From positions 42,095-106,094 of the forward strand of contig JAADVB010000034.1 of assembly GCA_023334545.1 (NCBI GenBank): a stretch of 64,000 nt of DNA, written 5' to 3'. Shown here piece by piece: positions 59,548 to 64,000 of the stretch. The position numbers were made by a program, and so were the translations under genes. How positions within the stretch are numbered: the first letter of the stretch is position 1; the number at the start of each line of letters is the position of its first letter. The DNA comes from Salisapilia sapeloensis CBS 127946. Taxonomy: Eukaryota; Protista; Oomycota. The notes below the pieces were generated by a model. It ran no database searches. It was not told the DNA's origin and was given only the letters and a program-made list of their open reading frames with translations.

Positions 59548-60456
59548 CTACAGAGTTGTCCTTTGTGTATCTAACTCGGTATTATCTACATTCACCGAAG
59601 GATGTCTCGTGTCGTCACGATTGCCTGTTCGGACTGTCACTTCTGGAGCTCCATTCGGCCTCCTTCCATTCGCAGCGTCATTAACACGACGCGCATCGTC
59701 TTCGTCACCGAACCTAGAGTAGAAAGCACCGACTTCCACATCTCGGAAATGGACGTCGTGATGATCGATCTGCTCTCTCCAGTTTTCTAAACCCAGACGC
59801 CCGTATTCCGATGGTTGCCGCCGTTGCCTTTGATCCCGGAAAAGCGTAAGTGGAACTGGGTGTTCCACTGTTGTTCTCGCTCTAACTGTGTTATTTTCTG
59901 TATTGTCAACTTCTCGGTCTCTGGATACCAATCGACGCAAAAATACAAACGGACCACTGTTCCGGTAAACGCCCGACTTGAGGATGAGCATGATCGGGAA
60001 CAAGAGTCCGATGATGAGAAAGTCGTAGGAGAAGGAAGCAACGGTCCCACTAGAGCATTCCAATGGCGGCTGGTCAAATCTCACGGAGCACTCGCTCGCA
60101 CAAAAGCACTTTTCCTCTTCATTCACACATACTGTCTTGTTCGCACTTTTCGGACCGCTTAGGCAGTCGTCACACACTGGATCTGTCGCATTGCAATACT
60201 TCCACGTCCCAGCCCAAAAGTATTCTTTGTCAAATAAAGTAGAGGGGACTTCATCAGCGAGCACGCAACTACCTGTCTCGATTTCCACCGCGCAGCGGGA
60301 TTTCGAAAGGCAATCATTGCATGTTGGGGCATATATGCAACCGTCCTTTGCGACGGAGGCCGCACAGAGGTTATATTTACTATAAAGCGAAGAAAAAGAG
60401 CCTGCGTCTCCATCCAAATCGGTGGAGCTGTTGTTGGACGCCATGTACGAAGGCAC
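59548..60456 (-). CDS. Cys-rich single-pass membrane protein, family copy 3
   Basis: Same 14-Cys spacing, TM (FLIIGLLFPIMLIL), cytoplasmic LGLENW. No evident signal peptide. Confidence 0.75.
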   Translation of the reverse strand: MPSYMASNNSSTDLDGDAGSFSSLYSKYNLCAASVAKDGCIYAPTCNDCLSKSRCAVEIETGSCVLADEVPSTLFDKEYFWAGTWKYCNATDPVCDDCLSGPKSANKTVCVNEEEKCFCASECSVRFDQPPLECSSGTVASFSYDFLIIGLLFPIMLILKSGVYRNSGPFVFLRRLVSRDREVDNTENNTVRARTTVEHPVPLTLFRDQRQRRQPSEYGRLGLENWREQIDHHDVHFRDVEVGAFYSRFGDEDDARRVNDAANGRRPNGAPEVTVRTGNRDDTRHPSVNVDNTELDTQRTTL

Positions 60457-60773
60457 CGTCTGAAGCGATTATAACGAGCCTAAATCACCAATTTTTAGGT
60501 CGAACAAGACGCTGGTCGTGATGGTCAAAGCTATGCGCTAATCGTGATGATCAGAGAGCTGTGCACTAAAAGTGGCGGTCAAAAACTCGGACCTGATCGT
60601 ACTGTCTTTTGATTTGTTTGCATTCTAGTCCAGAAGCCAGCAAGAGAACCACTAGTGTACCTGGAATCAGAAACACAAGTTCAACTTCGTGTTCAAGCTC
60701 CATAGGAAGTCGTAGATTGGGCCTAAGGTGAGTATACCACTAACTTTGCAACAACAAACTCAATCTCGTGTTC

Positions 60774-62021
60774 TTACTTCTTGAGCTTGGACAACCGTAC
60801 AATTGCTTCATCTATGGCCGTATCCGTTTTGCAATACGCGAAGCGAGCCCAATTATACCCCTCCTCTTTGTTTTCTTGAGAAAAGAAGGCGCTTGTAGGG
60901 ATCGATACAATCCCCTTCTCTATCGTCAGCCAACGGCAGAACGCCCAGTCCTTGGATATACGTGGAGAGGCGTTCGTGTACTGCTCTGGTACTTGAATGC
61001 CATCCACATCACAGTATAAGAAGATACCTCCAGCAGGCATGATTGGCTTTATCCCGACGGACTGTAGTGCAGAAGCCAGACGATCACGCTTCTCCCGATA
61101 CGTCTCCGCGATGAATTCGTAAAAGCTGCTATAGCCTCTGTACGACTCCTCCGCTTTCTCGAGCATACTGGCAACAGCTTCTTGGAAAGGAGTGGCGACA
61201 CTGAATTGAACCCAGTTGTTGGCCAACTGGACGCCTTTCACCAGTGCCGCGGGGCCGATGGCCCACCCGACTTTCCAACCGGTCACACTGAACGTCTTAC
61301 CAGAGCTAGAGACGGTCAAGGTCCGGTCCCACATACCGCTTTCGTTCGCGATTCGATGGTGCTTTCGACCGTCAAACGTGATATGCTCGTAGACTTCATC
61401 TGAAATGACGATAACGTTTGGATGCTGAAGGACGTACTTGGCTAGCATCGCCAGTTCATCCTTTGTAAAGACTTTTCCCGTCGGATTGTGTGGATTATTC
61501 AGCACGACCGCACGAGTTCGATCACTAAATGCAGCAGCTAGATTGCTTTCATCCAAGTAAAACGCTTTTGCGCCACTCTTGTCTTCGCGAATGTGCATCG
61601 GAACGAATTTCGGGACGCCACTGGCCATCTGCACTTGAGCGCGATAAATGTCGAATGCCGGCTCGAGGATAATAACTTCATCGCCTGGATTGATGAAAGC
61701 TTGTAGAGCAGCAAAGATCGTCTCCGTGGCACCGACGCCGACTGCCACTTCTGTGGCCCATTGGATGTCACGATTCAGCTCTCGGCTATACTTTTTCACA
61801 AGAGTCTGAGCGAGTCTCGGATGCCCGCTCGGACGAGCATATTGGTTGTGATCTTGATCGATCGCGAGCTTCGACGCCTCTTTGACAAAATCTTCACACG
61901 CCCAGTCCGGAAAGCCTTGACCGAGATTGACGGCATCGTATTGCGCAGCTAGTGGAGTGAATTCATGCCATACGGTTGGCGCTTCAAAGCCCTCGAGTCG
62001 AGAGGCGAGTCGGTCTGCCAT
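60774..62021 (-). CDS. Class I PLP aminotransferase, kynurenine aminotransferase/CCBL-like
   Basis: VNLGQGFPD, NQYARPSGHPRL, LNNPHNPTGKVF, ISDEVYEH, SSGKTFSVTGWKVGW, RFAYCK. Confidence 0.92.
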   Translation of the reverse strand: MADRLASRLEGFEAPTVWHEFTPLAAQYDAVNLGQGFPDWACEDFVKEASKLAIDQDHNQYARPSGHPRLAQTLVKKYSRELNRDIQWATEVAVGVGATETIFAALQAFINPGDEVIILEPAFDIYRAQVQMASGVPKFVPMHIREDKSGAKAFYLDESNLAAAFSDRTRAVVLNNPHNPTGKVFTKDELAMLAKYVLQHPNVIVISDEVYEHITFDGRKHHRIANESGMWDRTLTVSSSGKTFSVTGWKVGWAIGPAALVKGVQLANNWVQFSVATPFQEAVASMLEKAEESYRGYSSFYEFIAETYREKRDRLASALQSVGIKPIMPAGGIFLYCDVDGIQVPEQYTNASPRISKDWAFCRWLTIEKGIVSIPTSAFFSQENKEEGYNWARFAYCKTDTAIDEAIVRLSKLKK

Positions 62022-62133
62022 CTTAAGTGGAAAAATGAAAAGAATGTGTTTGCGTCATGTCCATCGCATGTGGTTATCAACTTGAAGTGTAGCTTTCGAT
62101 CTTGCAAAGTTGTATTCGATTAATTATGTCTGT

Positions 62134-62451
62134 TTAATGCTTTTTAATACGTGTATGGCTCTTGGGTCTATGTTTGTGCTTTGGCTGTGGTAGAGGTCGA
62201 CTGAGGAGCCCAACGGTGTGTCTTTGCAGACTCGCGCACATCCCTCGAATGACAGCGGGTGTTGCTGGGTCCGAGTAGATCACGTAAGCAAAGTAGACGA
62301 GAATGGGACCAACAGTGGCAACAAAGATGGTAGCTAAGAACTTCCATACTTCATCGAAGGACGAAATGGACGGAGGTAGCTGTCGCTTGCTTGCGGGTGA
62401 AGCAACAACAACGCTGAACACATATGCGATCAAAAGTATCACCTTCATCAA
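62134..62451 (-). CDS. Small hypothetical membrane protein (signal peptide, TM, basic tail)
   Basis: MKVILLIAYVFSVVVASP; TM FLATIFVATVGPILVYFAYVIY; tail PKHKHRPKSHTRIKKH. Occupies an otherwise empty gap. Confidence 0.6.
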   Translation of the reverse strand: MMKVILLIAYVFSVVVASPASKRQLPPSISSFDEVWKFLATIFVATVGPILVYFAYVIYSDPATPAVIRGMCASLQRHTVGLLSRPLPQPKHKHRPKSHTRIKKH

Positions 62452-62768
62452 ATTTTGTTCATGAACGGTCGTCGACTCCCTAATTGCACAATATCAATCA
62501 ATGTGTTTTAACTCATACTGAAGCTGAATATGAATGAGATTTTGCTACGATTTAGACCCTAATCACAAGGAGCTATCTTGGTGTAAGCTAGGTTGCTTCG
62601 TATAATCTACATCGAATGAACTTTCATTGCAAAAGTATCATCGTGCACAAATCTTCAAGAGCTGCGTGTAGTGGCGCGGGAAATGTCGACCAATTGTCTA
62701 AATCTGACGTGTGGAGACTTCGCATTGATCCATATCCGAGTACCGTCCAAGTCATCTCGGGTATCGCT

Positions 62769-63973
62769 ATGCTAATGGATGTCAGTGACTACGATACGAT
62801 GAAGGGACTCGGTCTTCTAGCTGTGACGGTGCTCTTCGCTCTTGTTTGGGTCTACACGCCTCATAAAGACCGTCCATGCTCTCTAGACGGTCAGTGCATC
62901 CTCCTCACAGGCGCAGCAGGAGGTTTGGGCGAATCCATTGCTCGTGAAATCTACCAGAAAGCAACACGAGTGTCGTTGATCCTACTTGATGTGAATTACG
63001 CCGCACTTGAACGCCTAAAAGCTGACATTGAATTTACTGAAAGTGACAACTCCATCTTGATCTATCAATGTGACGTCTCGGATGAAGAGTATGATCCACC
63101 ATTTTCTTATATCATGATCAATTCACTCTAATCCACTCGTAGTGCCGTAAGTGCAGTAGTTGCCAAAGCAAATAGTGAGTTATCATCGGGTCATATCTCC
63201 GTCTTGATCAACAATGCTGGTAGCCTTTCATCTTCGTTAGAGTCATCAACGCCAGCACGTATATAAAAGCTCACTAGGTGTCGTGGCGGGCGGTACTCTG
63301 ATGGATCTAACGACAACGCAGATCCGCCGCACATTTGGCGTCAACATTCTTGCCCATTTCTGGCTGACGAAAGCGTTATTGCCATCTATGAAGAAACACA
63401 GAAGAGGACATGTCATCTCCATTTCATCTGTGGTACTATGATCCCAATCTATGCATCAAGATCGATATTTATCAAAAAGTAGATGGGAAGCTTAAGCAGC
63501 GCTTGTCTAACCGAGTATTGTGCTAGCAAAGCTGCTGTCAATAACTTCAACGATTGCCGTACGAACGTTATTATATTTCTTTTTCATGCTGCTTACTGTT
63601 CATATGAATAGTGCGCGCAGAGTTGCGTCGTGAGGGGTACCATGACTGCATTCGGACGCTTGTTGTGCAACCAAGTGTCATTGACACGAGCATGTTCGAA
63701 GGTGCATTCGAGAACCAAGCATGGACGTCGTTTGGAACCAAGTTGATGGTACTCCAGCTACGGTCAAGAGACGTAGCTCGATCCATCGTCCACTCAATTG
63801 AAAACGGGGACGACCGATTGGCGTATTGCTCAGGCGGTTGGCGAGATTGGGTATTTCACCCAGGCGTCGCGATCCTCCGAATGCTACCAACGATGGTCTA
63901 TGACGTGGCGATTGCCACCTGCGGAGGACTCGACGGCATGGACTCGTATCTTCAGAAACACGCATCCGAGTGA
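62769..63973 (+). CDS. Membrane-anchored short-chain dehydrogenase/reductase (SDR16C/retinol dehydrogenase-like), 5 exons
   Basis: N-terminal TM, LLTGAAGGLG, YQCDVSD, LINNAG, FGVNILAHFWL, ISSV, EYCASKAA. Four ~50-58 nt introns. Confidence 0.9.
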
Positions 63974-64000
63974 TCAACCAAGGCATGAGGCAAACAGTAA

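Overview
Gene-dense eukaryotic DNA, most consistent with a flagellated oomycete/stramenopile; this is inferred from gene content, oomycete-type hypothetical proteins, short GT-AG introns (mostly 45-80 nt, often GTACG donors) and ciliary genes. By manual splicing I count about 37 protein-coding loci in 64 kb, one of them a pseudogene. They mostly alternate in strand, with very short gaps. Housekeeping genes include MFAP1, UAP56, USB1, NSE3, DDX55, an HSPA14-like Hsp70, NO66, COPG, TFIIE-alpha, ValRS and a kynurenine aminotransferase. I found no transposon, tRNA, rRNA or CRISPR. Strongest leads: (1) an oversized, structured first intron in the UAP56 helicase gene, where a GC-rich stem hides a proximal 3' splice site whose use gives a premature stop (candidate helicase-sensing autoregulatory switch); (2) a candidate intron-hosted H/ACA snoRNA at ~2205-2345; (3) a head-to-head nagA/nagB GlcNAc-catabolism pair, with a U12-type intron in nagB; (4) an 8-exon NYN nuclease gene invisible in the ORF track; (5) three copies of a 14-Cys single-pass receptor-like family sharing a cytoplasmic LGLxxW motif; (6) a triplicated FSH1 hydrolase locus with peroxisomal signals and a decayed middle copy. 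All family calls come from motif recognition; no database search was run.
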